Of a stretch of 64,000 nt of DNA, positions 40,346 to 55,314 are shown piece by piece. This stretch comes from Octopus vulgaris. Taxonomy: Eukaryota. The stretch lies in the NCBI GenBank assembly GCA_951406725.2, contig OX597814.1, forward strand, positions 211,172,001 through 211,236,000, read 5' to 3'. Numbering within the stretch: the stretch's first letter is position 1; the number at the start of each line of letters is the position of its first letter. The position numbers and the translations under genes are program-made. The notes under the pieces were generated by a model. That model saw nothing but the letters and a program-made list of their open reading frames with translations. It made no database searches and had not been told where the DNA came from.

Positions 40346-42339
40346 ATCAGACAAGCCTAAAATCTTTCAAACATATTCCCAAGGTTGTCCGCAAAATGAA
40401 CCGTTGCAATAACACTACAATTTCTAATACTATTTGTTCCTCAGTGCAATTTTTAGCAAGTTAGATATTGTATTGAGTTTATTAAACATGTTAGCACTGA
40501 ATTCATTATATATTTGAGTAGGGTTATCTAAATGCATCAACCCTACTCATGGTGCACCGTTGCTACGTTGGTGTAATACATGTACCCACTTCATGTCATT
40601 CTCATTTACGTTGGCTGCATAAATGACATTCCTTATAATATATAATTCATTAGGAAGATGAGATTCCAAGTATTGATCGGAACATGCGAGATACTACACA
40701 AAGATCTTTGAGATGTTAATCCAACATATTATCCGCCAAACGTAGCTGATGTGACCAGAGATACATTAATGTCTGCATATCTTCGTTGAGCCAGAAATCA
40801 TTTCATAGAGAGCGTATAGTAAAACAATTCAACACTAAAATTATTCTTCCCTAATTGGTAGTTATAATATATCGCCCAAATTGGTTACTGAACCACAAGA
40901 CCAGTCCGAAAACTTATTGATTAGCATCACAATAAAATTCAAGAATAGCTATAGAATATATTTTGTTTGATTTTATAAGCTGCATTGATGAAACTGTTAT
41001 CAGTCTTAGGTGAAATGTAACGAGACTCAGCAATCCGATGTACCATTTAACATAACCATCTTAAATAATGATATTTGATGTTTTTTCTATATCAGTACAT
41101 CATTCAAAATAACAATACATATTTTCATAACCGAATATCCGATATTATTAAATGTGTTAATGAAATCTGCATTTGCTTGACATTTTTGCAATTTATTTAA
41201 CGGTGAATTTCTGTTTTAATATGCCACCGAACATAAACAATATTACACTCTCATACAGACACCCATATATGTCCTCGAAACATGGATTCACAAACAGAAT
41301 AACTTGTTATCCTTTCAGAATCGTCTCTTTTTATATTTTTTATCATACTAAAGATGTATTACGTGCATGTAACAGAAGTAAATAATTATATTCCAATAGG
41401 AATATGGTTGGATTTCAGTTTCCTGGTCTTTCTATTATCTGATTAGCAACTATATAGCAAGCTGGCCCAATGCATTCCCACCCGAGATTAATAGGTATTA
41501 TCTAGATTGATTAGGTGTTACGTAAAACAACTATACATACAAGCTTTAATAGACAAGACGAAATATATTGACATTTACAGTACTCAGTAGTAAATGTGTA
41601 TTTTAAATATTCCATATATAATGCTTCTCGAAGAAAACAATGACATTAGAAATATATTCATGTAATTATCTGTGGTTGGTTTCAGAAGTATCTAATAACA
41701 TAGAAGTTTTAACGTTTAATTAAGCTCAGCGTCTGACGAAGAAAAGGCAAATAGATAAAGTGACACGTCATTGGTTGGTAAACAATATTTGACATCGAAT
41801 TAACGATAATTTTTTCTTCTGGTATCGATGTTTAATGCATGAGAGATAGCAACGTATGCATTTTATATGTGTGTGTTTGTGTGCTTTTGTGTTTGTGCAC
41901 TGTGTGCGTAATCATCATTTTATTATTATTAAAGCAGCAGTTTATTTTTTCCTTGTAAAATATTCTATTTATCTCAGCGTATTTTCTCTCTAAGCTATCC
42001 CATGCACTGCTCTTTTGCTTTTTTTCAGACCTACTTTGGTTGGTCAGTTGATCTGTTTTATTGTCTGACTAAATTTAACTTAACCACAGGTGACGTTTGA
42101 TTTCGGCTGACTGGTTTTTAATCCTTTTACTCTCCCATTCCTTTTTCTCTTTCTCTTATTCTATAAGTGTTCCATTCATTTGATGTTGTAGATGCCTTTA
42201 CTTTGGTTTTTAGATTTCGTTCTACTTCCTCTGTCGCTTCAACTAATTGTATTTGCTCGCACTACTACGTATATGAACCGCATTTGACAATATTATACGA
42301 CTAGGGGTGGTTACATATCCATAAGGTTTTCGCATGGCG

Positions 42340-42804
<465 letters not shown>

Positions 42805-43546
42805 ATGTATGTATATATATATATCTATATATATATGCATGTATATATATGTATGTATATATATACCCACATAAATACATATACGCACAGAAACAAAGAC
42901 ACACACACGCACAACAACATGAACGCACACACACATACGCTCACACACATATATATGATCGTGTACTTAGGTATGAAAATACCAGTGCGTGGCTAATTGT
43001 TAGGGATGTTATTGTAAAACATAATTGATTAGTAGTTACACTTACAATAGAGACAGTGCTGAAACCCTGGCACTGTCACCTATACAAGGATTTCGAAATA
43101 AACAACCTGTCAAATGTTATTTGTTATCTCTAAAAAGATATTATGGACATATTTTTTTTATTAATATAAAATTTAATTATGCAGATTTCAAGAGTAAACA
43201 ATAGCTGATATTGATATAAAGATGAGAATACGAACAATAGCTAAGATATCCTTTATCTTGACACTTGACAATCGTAGGAGAAATAGATAAATGTATACTC
43301 GAAGTGGAATAATCCCTGAAATGTAGAGAACAAAACGTAATCTATGAAGCTAAAATAATGCAAAGTTCATGTGAGATACTCGTTGACGATTTCATGCAAC
43401 TTCAAAAAACGCACACGTACGCGGAGTCAGCCAAGCATACGCGCACGTATACGCATACGTGTGCATATATATGCATATATGTGTGTGTGTGTGTGTGTGT
43501 GAGTGGGTGCATATATACACACACACACACACATATATATATATAT

Positions 43547-43582
<36 letters not shown>

Positions 43583-43590
43583 ACATATAT

Positions 43591-43640
<50 letters not shown>

Positions 43641-43656
43641 TGAGAGAGAGAGAGAG

Positions 43657-43976
43657 AGAGCAGTTGTATACTGTCAACTTAACGTGACATCTTCATAAAG
43701 GGAATCACACCACCGCTATTTAGCCCTAGGATGCATCAACGCTTCCTGTTGGCTTTGACACATTTCCCGTGTTCTTATGTTTACAAAGGGGAGACAAGCA
43801 TCTCAAACAGCTAGGCCTGGGTGCTTGGGGGTGTTTGCTCTCCTTCGTAAATATAAAAGGACACAGGAAATGCGTCAAAGCCAACATGAAGCGTTGATGC
43901 TTCCTAGGGCTAAATAACGGTGGTGTGAATCCCTTTATGAGGATGTCACGTTAAGTTGACAGTATTCTACTGCTCT
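43657..43976. mobile_element. Fold-back MITE, about 140-bp arms
   Basis: AGAGCAGTTGTATACTGTCAACTTAACGTGACATC... pairs with ...GATGTCACGTTAAGTTGACAGTATTCTACTGCTCT. Confidence 0.88.
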
Positions 43977-44042
43977 ATCGTTCCACCACTGCTTATATCT
44001 CTCTGAGATATTTAGAAATTTAATATTTCTACTTTATATATA

Positions 44043-44426
44043 TGGAAGCACTCCGTCGGTTACGACGACGAGGGTTCCGGTTGATCCGATCAACGGAACA
44101 GCCTGCTCGTGATATTAACGTGCAAGTGGCTGAGCACTCCACAGACACGTGCACCCTTAACGTAGTTCTCGGGGATATTCAGCGTGACACAGAGAGTGAC
44201 AAGGCCGGCCCTTTGAAATACAGGTACAACAGAAACAGGAAGTAAGAGTGAGAGAAAGTTGTGGTGAAAGAGTACATCAGGATTACCACCATCCCCTGCC
44301 GGAGCCTCATGGAGCTTTTAGGTGTTTTCGCTCAATAAACACTCACAACGCCCGGTCTGGGAATCGAAACCGCGATCCTATGCCCGCGAGTCCGCTGCCC
44401 TAACCACTGGGCCATTGCGCCTCCAC
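44043..44426 (-). mobile_element. SINE family B, full length
   Basis: Reverse-complement homolog of 6882-7263. Confidence 0.9.
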
Positions 44427-44462
44427 TTCATATATATATATATATACATAGATACATACATG

Positions 44463-44511
<49 letters not shown>

Positions 44512-44549
44512 GCATATATATATTTATATACTGACTGCATAGTCCAACT

Positions 44550-44622
44550 GGTTAGATGGTGTAATCGGTAACACACTTAGTCGCGTTAACAAAGGGATGT
44601 GTGTTCGAGACCCACGCGTACG
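44550..44622 (+). pseudogene. Degenerate tRNA-like sequence or SINE head
   Basis: A-box-like TGGTGTAATCGG and B-box-like GTTCGAGACC at tRNA-like spacing; acceptor and anticodon stems do not pair well. Confidence 0.35.
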
Positions 44623-44766
44623 AGAAATACTATTTCCGTAGTCATTTGCACAGTGATTGCTTTAAGCTTATGAAAAAATACCGTTAATATTATTATTATT
44701 ATTATTATTACAATTATCATTTACAAATTGTAAAACTCATCACCACTTAAAACCATTCGCACCGAA

Positions 44767-44805
<39 letters not shown>

Positions 44806-47084
44806 TCTAGTTATACATCTATATTTAGCATATGCTTCTAGCTTTACCTTTTCACAGAACTGAAAAGGTTTAATATCCCTATAGAGCTACTTTCTCAAAT
44901 CTGTGTAAGTGTTCGACATTTTGCCAAAATCAATTCATCGAAAAAATAGTAGAATTATCTACATCTGGGAAAATATTCATAGGAGACTTTTTGAGGTTAA
45001 TAAGATTGTTCCTATTTCTAGACAATTTTCTCTATTTGAAGATTATTATTGTTATTATCATTAGTGTTCCTGATTGCCAAAATTATTAGATTTCGCTTAA
45101 GGCTTTTTTTTTTCTTATCTCATCTGAAATTTCTTTTCGTAGTTGAAATCCCGACGTGGTCCTGTATGTATAGCTGCTTGACCAACTAGAAAAAAGTGGG
45201 AAGTGCGTGATATACGTACAAAATCAGATATTTCATACTGATGATATTGAAATGATGTTTGACGCTGCCGTTAAATATAACTTTTTTCTAGTTGGTCTAT
45301 GCAGTCAGTAGATGTTCTACTTCAGTGATATATAGAAATCTTCTGGTGGGTAGCAGCGATGACATTTCTAAAGAAACTCTATGCATTGACAAATACGATA
45401 TAACTGGTGTATTTCGTAGGACGTTCCGGCTCTCGACTACCTTGGATAATTTCGGAAATCTCTGGCCTGATACTGTTACTATGGAGCACTGCCTGCTGGA
45501 GATAAACTCTACAGGCATGAAAATGACGCGTAGTGGGACCGCACCAGATGCGCGCAGTCACGTACACATGCCGAGGTTGAATATTGCTGACTTGTAGATT
45601 TATGTTGAATAACTGTTGTCATGTGTAGAACCTCATCGATGAGGTTCGCTCTACAACTTCCCCTTTCACAACTCAGGCTAAATGCCTTGTAATTGTAGCA
45701 AAAGAAATCATGAAGTGGATGAGTCCGAAAAACATTTTCCCACTCTGTCTAGCCACCGTCCTCATAATCTATTTAATTCCATTTCAAAAAAGGGACTGAT
45801 GAGGGGAAGATTATTTCACTCAGTGAATTTGTCTAAAGGTTGATAAATATATGAAAAAATGTTAGAATTAAAGGGCCTTCTCTAAGCATAAACATGGAAA
45901 TTTAGATAGAAACTTCTGATCCCAGGCTTGTACTTTTGATAGTGATACTTATCCTGGATCGTCTCATCATGGTCATGGACTTGTGAACCACTACTTGTAC
46001 TTTGAACTTCAAACGCTTAAGATCGTTCTTTACTCATTCCATGCGAGAATGTTGGGGATGACAATAATGATGTTCGACGCGTGGCGTACTTCTCTTTGTC
46101 TGTAACTTCTTACCACTCCGCACTATTTACTGGCAGTAGTATACGATTACATGTCTGTAAAAAATGTGTTCTTAGTCCCAAAGAGTGGAGAAACTAATTG
46201 CCAAATACATCTATGCCTTCTAAATCAGTTTCAGGAAATGTTACACATGAAAAAAAAAAAAAAAGAATTAGGGACTTTTGAACATATAAAGAAACTAATA
46301 TACTTAAAAATGATTCAAAGCTGTGCGTTACAGACGCCATAACAACAGAAATGAGGAGTAGGAAGATGAGGCCCGTGAGGGGAATGAGGTAGATGAGGAT
46401 GAAGATGAAAATGATGTTGTTATTACTGTTATTGTTGTTGGTGTCATCATCATCATTATCGTCATCATCATTATCATTATCATCATCATTATCACAACCA
46501 TCATTATTATTCCTTTCTAATGCCAATATCATTCATTAATTTCCTGTATTGCTGAGGAAGTGAAAAATGCATATCCTTTTATACATCCTCTATTTTAGAA
46601 TAATCTTCGCTGACTTTAATTATTTTTTTATTGACCAATTGGCAAAAGTTGATATTGTGAAATTATTTATTCTATTTTAAGAAAAACAACACTATAGTGA
46701 CTAAAGACTCAGAAAAAATAACTAGAAATATGTAGGTATGATATTAAAAACTGAAGTAATAATTAATGATGAAAACAGTGCCTCACGCACACACACGCAC
46801 ATGACAAATCTCTTATCTTACATTTACTTTTTGCTAAGTTCCAGATTGCTAACAGCTAGTTTAATAGTGATATCTTTAAATATTTACTTTTACATTCGGC
46901 CTCATCGATTTGCTTAATATATGATAGGTTAAGTGGCTGAATACTGGAAACGTGCACAGCAACGAATTAGATTTAGTCAAGAGATCGTATTTCTAAACAG
47001 TTCTTAAATGCTCTACGCATACTGTGAACACACTGATAATTCAGACTGGAATCCAGGTCAAGGTAGTCCAACACAATTTAGATT

Positions 47085-47258
47085 CAGGCATTGCTGCGTG
47101 GTTATGAATCCCGCTATGGAACCATTTGCTTTCCGATTCTGTTACACTGCAAGGCACCTGGGACAGGTGTCTTCTGCTGTAGCTCAGGGCTTACGAATGC
47201 CTTGTGAAAGGAAACCCTATGTAAGCCTGTCGTAAGCACCACCACCCCACAAACATAC

Positions 47259-47348
<90 letters not shown>

Positions 47349-47540
47349 ATAGCAATGTGCGTGTGCATATGCGCGGCGCGTGTTTGTGTGTGTGTCAATA
47401 ACTCTGAATGTGTGTGTCTGCCCTCGCAATCCGTGGTTTGACAGTGATTGTTGCTTTGTTTACAACATCATAATTAGACGGATCGACAAAAGCGATCCAT
47501 AGAATAAGTAGCAAACTTTAAAAATGTGTACACTTTTTGA
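47085..47540 (+). mobile_element. SINE family A-related, highly degenerate
   Basis: GGCACCTGGGACAGGTGTCTTCTGCTGTAGC, internal microsatellite, TAGAATAAGTA. Confidence 0.5.
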
Positions 47541-48296
47541 CCTAAGACACTACAAAACAGAACCATGATAATATACGATTACAGTGTTGTTAAAATTCGT
47601 AGAGAATTAATGTTATGTAGCAAAAATAAAATCCACAATGATGAAAGCCTCAAAGGATTGCGAATGGTATGACGATCGGATAGTAAACCAACGAAGACAC
47701 TATAGTTGGAAATATTGATATGTTACAGAGGTACATGGCTACTAATTTAGGCACGGGTCTTTTCGGCTATATCACATTTAGTATTTGTATGATTCGTAAT
47801 TTGTGTATTTCGTGTATTGGCAATTTTGATGAACATTTTAAAAGCAATTTCATTTCCAAAATATGAGTTTGATTGACTGGAATTTTGTAACCTTATTTCA
47901 ATAATTACTATATACAAACGGAAATGATATAAAACTTGTCAAAAAAAGAATGAAAACGGAAAAAAAAGGAGCCGCAGATTCGTATGGTGGTAGAATATTA
48001 TTTCGATGAACTATGCACGTTTCAAAATTAGCATGATGATGGTGATGATGATGATGAGGAGGAGGAGGGTGACGTTCAGGATGACGATGATGATAATGAT
48101 AATCATCATCATCATCATCATCATCGTATCGTCATCATCACCATCATCGATGTATTTCTCATTTTCTAACTATCTAATATCAAGTTTGACTCTATCGAAA
48201 GTTCTCTCCATGAAGTCCGATACTACTTCACACATGGAGAACTTTGCATACATGCATAAAAACACACACACTCTCTCTCACACACCCACACAACAA

Positions 48297-48361
<65 letters not shown>

Positions 48362-48831
48362 CAAACACACATAGACGCACACATATATACATATAGCATA
48401 ATGCAATATACGTACATACGCCTATATATATAGCATGAATTATAAAGGAAGACCTAGCATCATGCAGAAACTTAAAAATAGTATATAATTATAAGAATTT
48501 TAGCAGGCTGTTCAATCCTAATACAGTAACAAGATAGCACAATGGATTGGGAATCGTCAATAGCAAATATCGGTTGAATATGTCGACCGCAGCTCTACGC
48601 TACAAATAATACAAGGAAATCAGATCACCACGCTTACATATATCTCCGAACAGAACATTCTTATCACGAGGCCACATAAGAAATCGTTTTACCATAATGG
48701 CGATAAAAGTTGATCTACCCAGATTGCCATTGATTACACGTCACTTAATAAAATCAGTGACAATGAAGAACTGAATTAATTACATCTAGGACGCTCTTCC
48801 CAAGAAAGTGTGCGACCTTATGCTTATGTTA

Positions 48832-48866
48832 CACATCATCATCATCATCTTCATCAATAAAATTGA

Positions 48867-48924
<58 letters not shown>

Positions 48925-48951
48925 AATATTATTAATAATATAACTACTATA

Positions 48952-48996
<45 letters not shown>

Positions 48997-49019
48997 GCTG
49001 CCGCTGCCGTTACTACTAT

Positions 49020-49051
<32 letters not shown>

Positions 49052-49082
49052 TTACTACTACTAATACCACTACTACCACTAT

Positions 49083-49124
<42 letters not shown>

Positions 49125-49172
49125 CAACACCACCACTACTACTACTACTACCAACACTGCTACTACTACCAA

Positions 49173-49205
<33 letters not shown>

Positions 49206-49248
49206 CAACACTACTACTACTACTACTACATACTACTACTACTACTAC
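48832..49248. repeat. Compound trinucleotide array (ATC)(ATT)(ACT)(GCT)
   Basis: Directly visible. Confidence 0.97.
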
Positions 49249-49724
49249 TGGAGCATATAAAATAACGTAATGTGCGTTTATAATATGCATAGTATGTATT
49301 ATTAAAGATCAAAGTCATTAGCTGTACATATATGAGAGTTCAGAGAATTTCCGTCACAACTGCATTTTTTCTTCCACAGCAGTATTTCATTCGGATACAA
49401 AGGAATAGAATATGAGGAACAATGTCGTAAATGTAGGATGAAAGACTTTGATATTTAGTAATGATTTCTAACATTAGCGCAAGCCATGCATTTATGAGAG
49501 AGGGATATAATCGATTGAATCGACTACATATAAATCCACTTCTGATTTTATCGAACCGAGGCATGAAAGACAAACTGACCACAGCGGGATTTGCACTCAG
49601 ACCTTACAATGTTTTAACTAAATACTGCAGAGACATTCCTCAATCCCGCGCAATAGCATTTCAGCCAATTTACTCCTCTTTTGATTAAACAATACCAATA
49701 GTATTACAATATATCACCAGCAGC

Positions 49725-49763
49725 GGCAGCAAAAACCAGTAGTAGTAGTATTAGTAGTAGTAT

Positions 49764-49799
<36 letters not shown>

Positions 49800-49890
49800 A
49801 TGTGGGAGTGGTAGTAGTAGTAGTAGTAGTAGTAGTTGTAATAGTTGTAGTAGTAGTACTAGTAGTAGTAGTAACAGTAGCAGCAGCATC

Positions 49891-49922
<32 letters not shown>

Positions 49923-50043
49923 TAGTAGTAGTGGTGGTTGTGGTGGTGGTGGTGGTGGTGGTGGTGGTGGTGGTGGTGGCGGTGGCGGTAGCAGCAGTAA
50001 CATCAACGGCAACATCAAGAACCATAACAATAACGATAGTAGT
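49725..50043. repeat. Compound trinucleotide array (AGT)(GGT)(GCA)
   Basis: Directly visible. Confidence 0.97.
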
Positions 50044-50059
50044 TAATATTTTCTACTAT

Positions 50060-50430
50060 AGGCAAATGTCCTGAAATGTTGGGGTAGGAGGATTGTAGAT
50101 TATATCAAACCCCAGTGTTCGATCACTACTTATTTTATCGACCTCGAAAGGTGAGAGTCTAAGTGGACCTCAGCAGAGAAAATTCGGCTAAGCATTTTAC
50201 CCCGGCTTGCTGGCGATTCTGCTAGCTCGCTATCTTATTAACAATCGTTTCTGATTTAGGCACAAGGCCAATAATTTCGCAGGAATGAATTTAACTGATG
50301 ACTTCGACACCAGTACAGGATTCTATTGCAAAAAGAAAGAAAGTAGAGTTCACCTAGATGGGATTTGAACTCAGAGCGTCAGGATCCAAAATATATACCT
50401 AAGGATTTTTAACAACGCTTTAATTGCCTC
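50060..50430 (-). mobile_element. Two degenerate SINE family D-related copies
   Basis: TTTATCGACCTCGAAAGG...GCGATTCTGCTAGCTCGC and GGATTTGAACTCAGAGCG. Confidence 0.55.
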
Positions 50431-51899
50431 CAATTACCTCTAATAACGACAGTTTTTCACTAGCAACAATGGTCCGATATTTTGAGTAGAATATGAAAAG
50501 AAAAATACGAAAACAATATTCACAATTAGCAGGGCTGGATTTACATTTAGCAAAGATCTGAGATAGATATATACACACCATAGTAGTTAATAATAAACGT
50601 TGTAGACTATACTCAAGAATAAAATATGAATGAGAGAAACTACGAAGTGAAATCAAGCACTAGAATGATGAGTTAATCCATACACTTTATCTTCACACAC
50701 CAATGTCAACAGCATTCACTTACTTGTAGCTGCATAGTTTGCATAACCATATTAAGCCGTACTAGTTAGACCTTTTCCATACAACTTTCACCAGTATTCC
50801 CGGAGAGAACACTCTATGTTTATATAAAGCACAAAAAATACAGAACGCAAAAGAGAATACATAATTTTTCAATTAGACTGGTGATTTACGAAGCTCAGGG
50901 TTACCTAATAATCGTAATATTCATAATATGCTGATACAACAAGTAAACAGTCGCATGGGTATATTAAGAGTTCGGTATCATTCATCAATAGAAAGTTATC
51001 AAAGGCCGTTCACATTACAGTGCCAGAGATTTAAACGACTGAATAAGAACAAAGGGCATGGGAGTGGGAAGACTATATGCGACAGAAGAAGGAGGAACAT
51101 AGTTAGAAACCAAGAAGTGAAAGGTAGGGAGATTTAGGAGAAATTATCACATAGAGGGAATAAATAGAGGTAGAAAGATACGACAGATAGTGGAGAGGAG
51201 TGGTATAGCTCAGGTCAGTGTGAAGAAAAGTAAGGCCATGCATGGTCAAGTGAATCTCACTAAGATGGCAATAAATCAGTTAAGGATGGCAGCTGATTAA
51301 CAGAGAGATAGGAAGACAGAAACTAAAACAGAAGGAGGAGGGATGTATGCTGAGATACGGAGAATAGTACAAGGAGAATAGAGAAAGAAAATTCGTCAGT
51401 CAATCTTGTATGTTTAGTTCAGCGTTTATTGTTTTTCTAAACAGGTTCAGGAGAATTTCCTAAGCGCTTTGTACTTGTAGCATACTGTCAGGTCTCTCTC
51501 AGGCGAGTTTCCATTCAGCAGTTTCATAATAACCGTCAGTTGTGTTTCACTGGTGATGCTATTTGGTTTGGAAGCGGCATTTGCACAATATTCATTTTAT
51601 ATGTCGTTTAACCAAGCTGAATCGCGGTTCTGTTATTTGTTTACATTCCAGAGAAACCGCCAAAACGACTCTTGGTCTTCCTGGGGAGGAGTCATTACTA
51701 GGTTGTTGGTATCACCTTTCGCATTGTGATATACAGCTTGCGGGGTTCGGGCAAAATTCTTCGATCATGTAGTTATTTACAATAACGAAGATTACCACTT
51801 ACCGTTCATATATCGAATTTCATTGTGACAAATTTGCCTGCTAGATCAACAGCATCGGAGTTTGAGGAAAAACAGGTGTGCAAGTATTCTGAGAAGGCA

Positions 51900-52760
51900 T
51901 TTGTCTCATGTGACACATAAGTAGGTTGGACTGGCTTAGCTAAACAGAAACTTGAAGGATAAGCAATAATAAGCAATGCATTGGGAGATATCACATACGC
52001 TAGAGAGCATTGACAGGAAGAGTTACCTCTCCTGGACCTACCATAAATATAATACATCCCACCTTCAAGGATAAGCCTTCGTTATTTAGGAACGGGAGAT
52101 AGCTATTAAATACCTCATTATCAAGAGGAACAAATGTACTACCAAACATCCACATTATGATGAAAAACTTGTCTGCTATGCTAGAGTGGAATATATTAGC
52201 TACATCACCATCAGCTGTCCAAAATCTCTACGAGATACTAACTGCCTGAAAGCATGGTATAGTTGCAAAGACTGTTTACAAACATGTCTGCACAAAATAT
52301 TGCCTTGACATATAAACCAAAGACATATCTGAACCGGTAAGTATTCACACCTTTAAAAACAAGGAATACTTGTGCGGCACCCTAATAAAACGGTCAATTC
52401 GGTACAAACATAACAGACCACGCATTTTTCTGTGAACAGGGAACAAAAGTCATGCTCTGGTGTAGAGGTCAGTTGTCGAGGAGGTGTGAATGTTTAAACA
52501 AAAATCCAGGAAAATGAGAACATTTATGGGGAATTAATGTGGATCTTGCAGGTCTTGTACCATGCTTATGAATTCTCATCTGTATTTATTATTCTAGATA
52601 CATTAGGGTGTATACCAACAAATTTACCCAAAAATCTAGAAATATTCCGTTTCAGGTAGGAAATGCTAAAGAAACTGACGTGAATTTTCCAAATCCAAAT
52701 CCAAATCCAGTGGCGCAATGTATATTTGTAAGACATTCCAAAAATTCTCCATCACAGATT
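51900..52760 (+). mobile_element. Degenerate REL-endonuclease non-LTR retrotransposon 3' part
   Basis: Broken frames give ITISCPK, KHNRP.IFL..EVSC and KIQENENIYGEL..LQVLY..IILDTLGCIP..LEIF, the CCHC plus PD-(D/E)xK layout of R2/R4-type elements. Confidence 0.65.
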
Positions 52761-53621
52761 CTTATGTAAATGGATGCATACAGTTTGGTGTATATATCGA
52801 TAGTTCAAACAACACACCCACTCAACCACATATTACAAACACTCAAAGAAAAACCAAGCATTCTCATACGTATATAGCATCTAATTTGACCATTAATATG
52901 TTAATGATCCATAATTCGACTAGCAGAGATATTTTAGCGCTGTAGTAATTGCACACTGTTGACAGTTAAATCAAAATCCGTTTTAGTACTAATGAGATAT
53001 CTTCAGAGATCTGAGACATCACGGCAAACACTATAATGAGCTCATTCCTTCTGCAGACAGGTGTTTTCTTCCATATTATATAAGTTTGCAAATTAAAGAT
53101 ACAAACATTCAATCATATATATTCATCTAGTTGGTATATGTAATATAGGTAGATGACAAAAATTTCCTCAATTAAGCGGCAACATTTCAGCAATATGAGA
53201 GTGAGTCTTTTACATAAGGAATTACATTTAATTACATATACATGTAAAAACTATCTAAAATTTTGGTACATTGCTAACGTTGATTTACAGAGTGGGGACT
53301 AGTTAACTGTATCGGCTCTTGTACATGACTGGTATTTTTTTATCGACCCTGTAAAGATGAAGTGCATGGCTAACCTCAGCAGAATATTTACACAAGTACT
53401 ATTACGCATTATAGGTAATCTATAAAGATAAAGCGTTTACATACGCGAGGAAACATGATAATTTCACATCGAAAAGTTCTAAACGAATATTTCGTAGATT
53501 CCTTCTTTTATATTAATGAAGAATTGAACTGAATAAAAAATTAATAAATTCATCCTAGTCATTTCCTAGTAGAACTTACTGCTTTCATACAATTGAGAGA
53601 TATTCGCAAAAAAATACTTAA

Positions 53622-54027
53622 TCTTTATATATAAAAGAGAGGTTGTGTGCTGTCTGTCTCCTACGATTTAGATTCCTAACTACTCCCACATTTTGCGTTG
53701 CAGTTTAACCAAAAGCGGGTATCTTATAGTCGTGATTCATATCGAGCCCTTCTGGGTATTGGACCGCGTCTACGATGAGTCTACAATTTAAGAAAAAAAT
53801 TACCATCATTTGTTTCCATTTTAATGCATTTTTTCGCTATTATATAAGGGAAGTAATTCTCTAAAAATGTCTACGATGAGTCAAAGATTTAAAAAAAAAA
53901 ATTACCATCATTTTTTTTTCCATTTTTAATGCATTTTTTGGCTATTTTGGGGGGGCTATAACTTTCTAAAAATGCTTATATAGTTATTTCCCTTACAAAC
54001 CCGAGCAACGCCGGGCGATACTGCTCG
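53622..54027 (+). mobile_element. Non-autonomous Helitron
   Basis: A|TC start, 3' hairpin CCCGAGCAACGCCGGG, end CTGCTCG|T (CTAG variant); 3' half shared with 62433-62839; internal repeat of GTCTACGATGAGTC...TACCATCAT. Confidence 0.8.
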
Positions 54028-54750
54028 TAATAAATATAGGAAATACTTAATGGCAATCAAATATTTCAAACAAGGACCCAATAACAATACGCTGAAAAAT
54101 AAATGCATCAATATATATTTAATGTTCTGTATAAAGTAGATCGTAGAGATTTATACACTACTGGTCGATTCCGCGGATGTATAGCAATGGATTTTCTCTT
54201 TTCCATAAACTCAAGAAGACATATATTTTTTAATTCTCTTACGTATTAAAATATATAGGTTTGTATACAGAACTTAGACCTATTACTATTGAATATCTAC
54301 ATGGCCTCACGATGAAAAAAAAAACAAAACATAGTTGCCATTTTAACTATATCTTGATAGTCTATATATTACACTGACGCTTTATTAATACACATAATGT
54401 AAATCTAATAAGAAATAAGGGAAATGAATATATTTATATTCTAAGCAATATCAAAGAAAGAAATAGATTCTACCATAATTGCACAATATATTTTCGTTAA
54501 AGATAAATGAAACTTGAAATCTATTACATGTAAATGACAAAATACTGTTACTACAGGGTTTGAGGAATATTCATCTCCTAAATTATACAGATATGAAATC
54601 GCTTTCCATTGCCGATATTACTGGTTTTTAATATACTAAGGCTCAACCTTTTTACTTATCTATTTATTAATCTATCCCCAACACGCACACACACAAAAAA
54701 TGTGTGTGTATGTATGCATATGTATGTGTATCTCTCCCTTCCCTCCCCCC

Positions 54751-54783
<33 letters not shown>

Positions 54784-54802
54784 CATACATATATATATGT
54801 AA

Positions 54803-54858
<56 letters not shown>

Positions 54859-54992
54859 GTAAGTATATATGCGCGCAAACACACACGCATACCGCCTACG
54901 GGGCTCCACTCCGGATTTCTTTGAAGGTTGTCTCTTTTCCGTAAAACTGAATAGGGGCTCATACTGGGCACTGTCAGTCGGAGCCAGCTGCC

Positions 54993-55026
<34 letters not shown>

Positions 55027-55203
55027 GCAGATTAGATAAAACAGGGAACAACTGGTGTAGGGAATGTTCTTTATGTTGCCTGCCTCGTTTCTCTTTTTGT
55101 TCACATTTTTTTATTCCTGTACCCGTATATGCATGTACATATACATACATATATATATAAGTATATATATATATATATACATATATATGTTTATATATGT
55201 ATA

Positions 55204-55247
<44 letters not shown>

Positions 55248-55268
55248 TGTACATATATGTATGTGTTC

Positions 55269-55314
<46 letters not shown>

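Noticed and set aside
40515-40549. 11-bp stem hairpin TGAGTAGGGTT/AACCCTACTCA as miRNA or terminator
   Set aside because: Too short for a pre-miRNA and no supporting context.
45292-45597. 101-aa ORF as a host exon
   Set aside because: No recognisable domain, non-ATG start and no convincing splice context.
48786-50074. Poly-Thr (mucin-like), poly-Ser, poly-Val and poly-Leu ORFs
   Set aside because: Open in several frames because of trinucleotide repeats; no unique domain or splice evidence.
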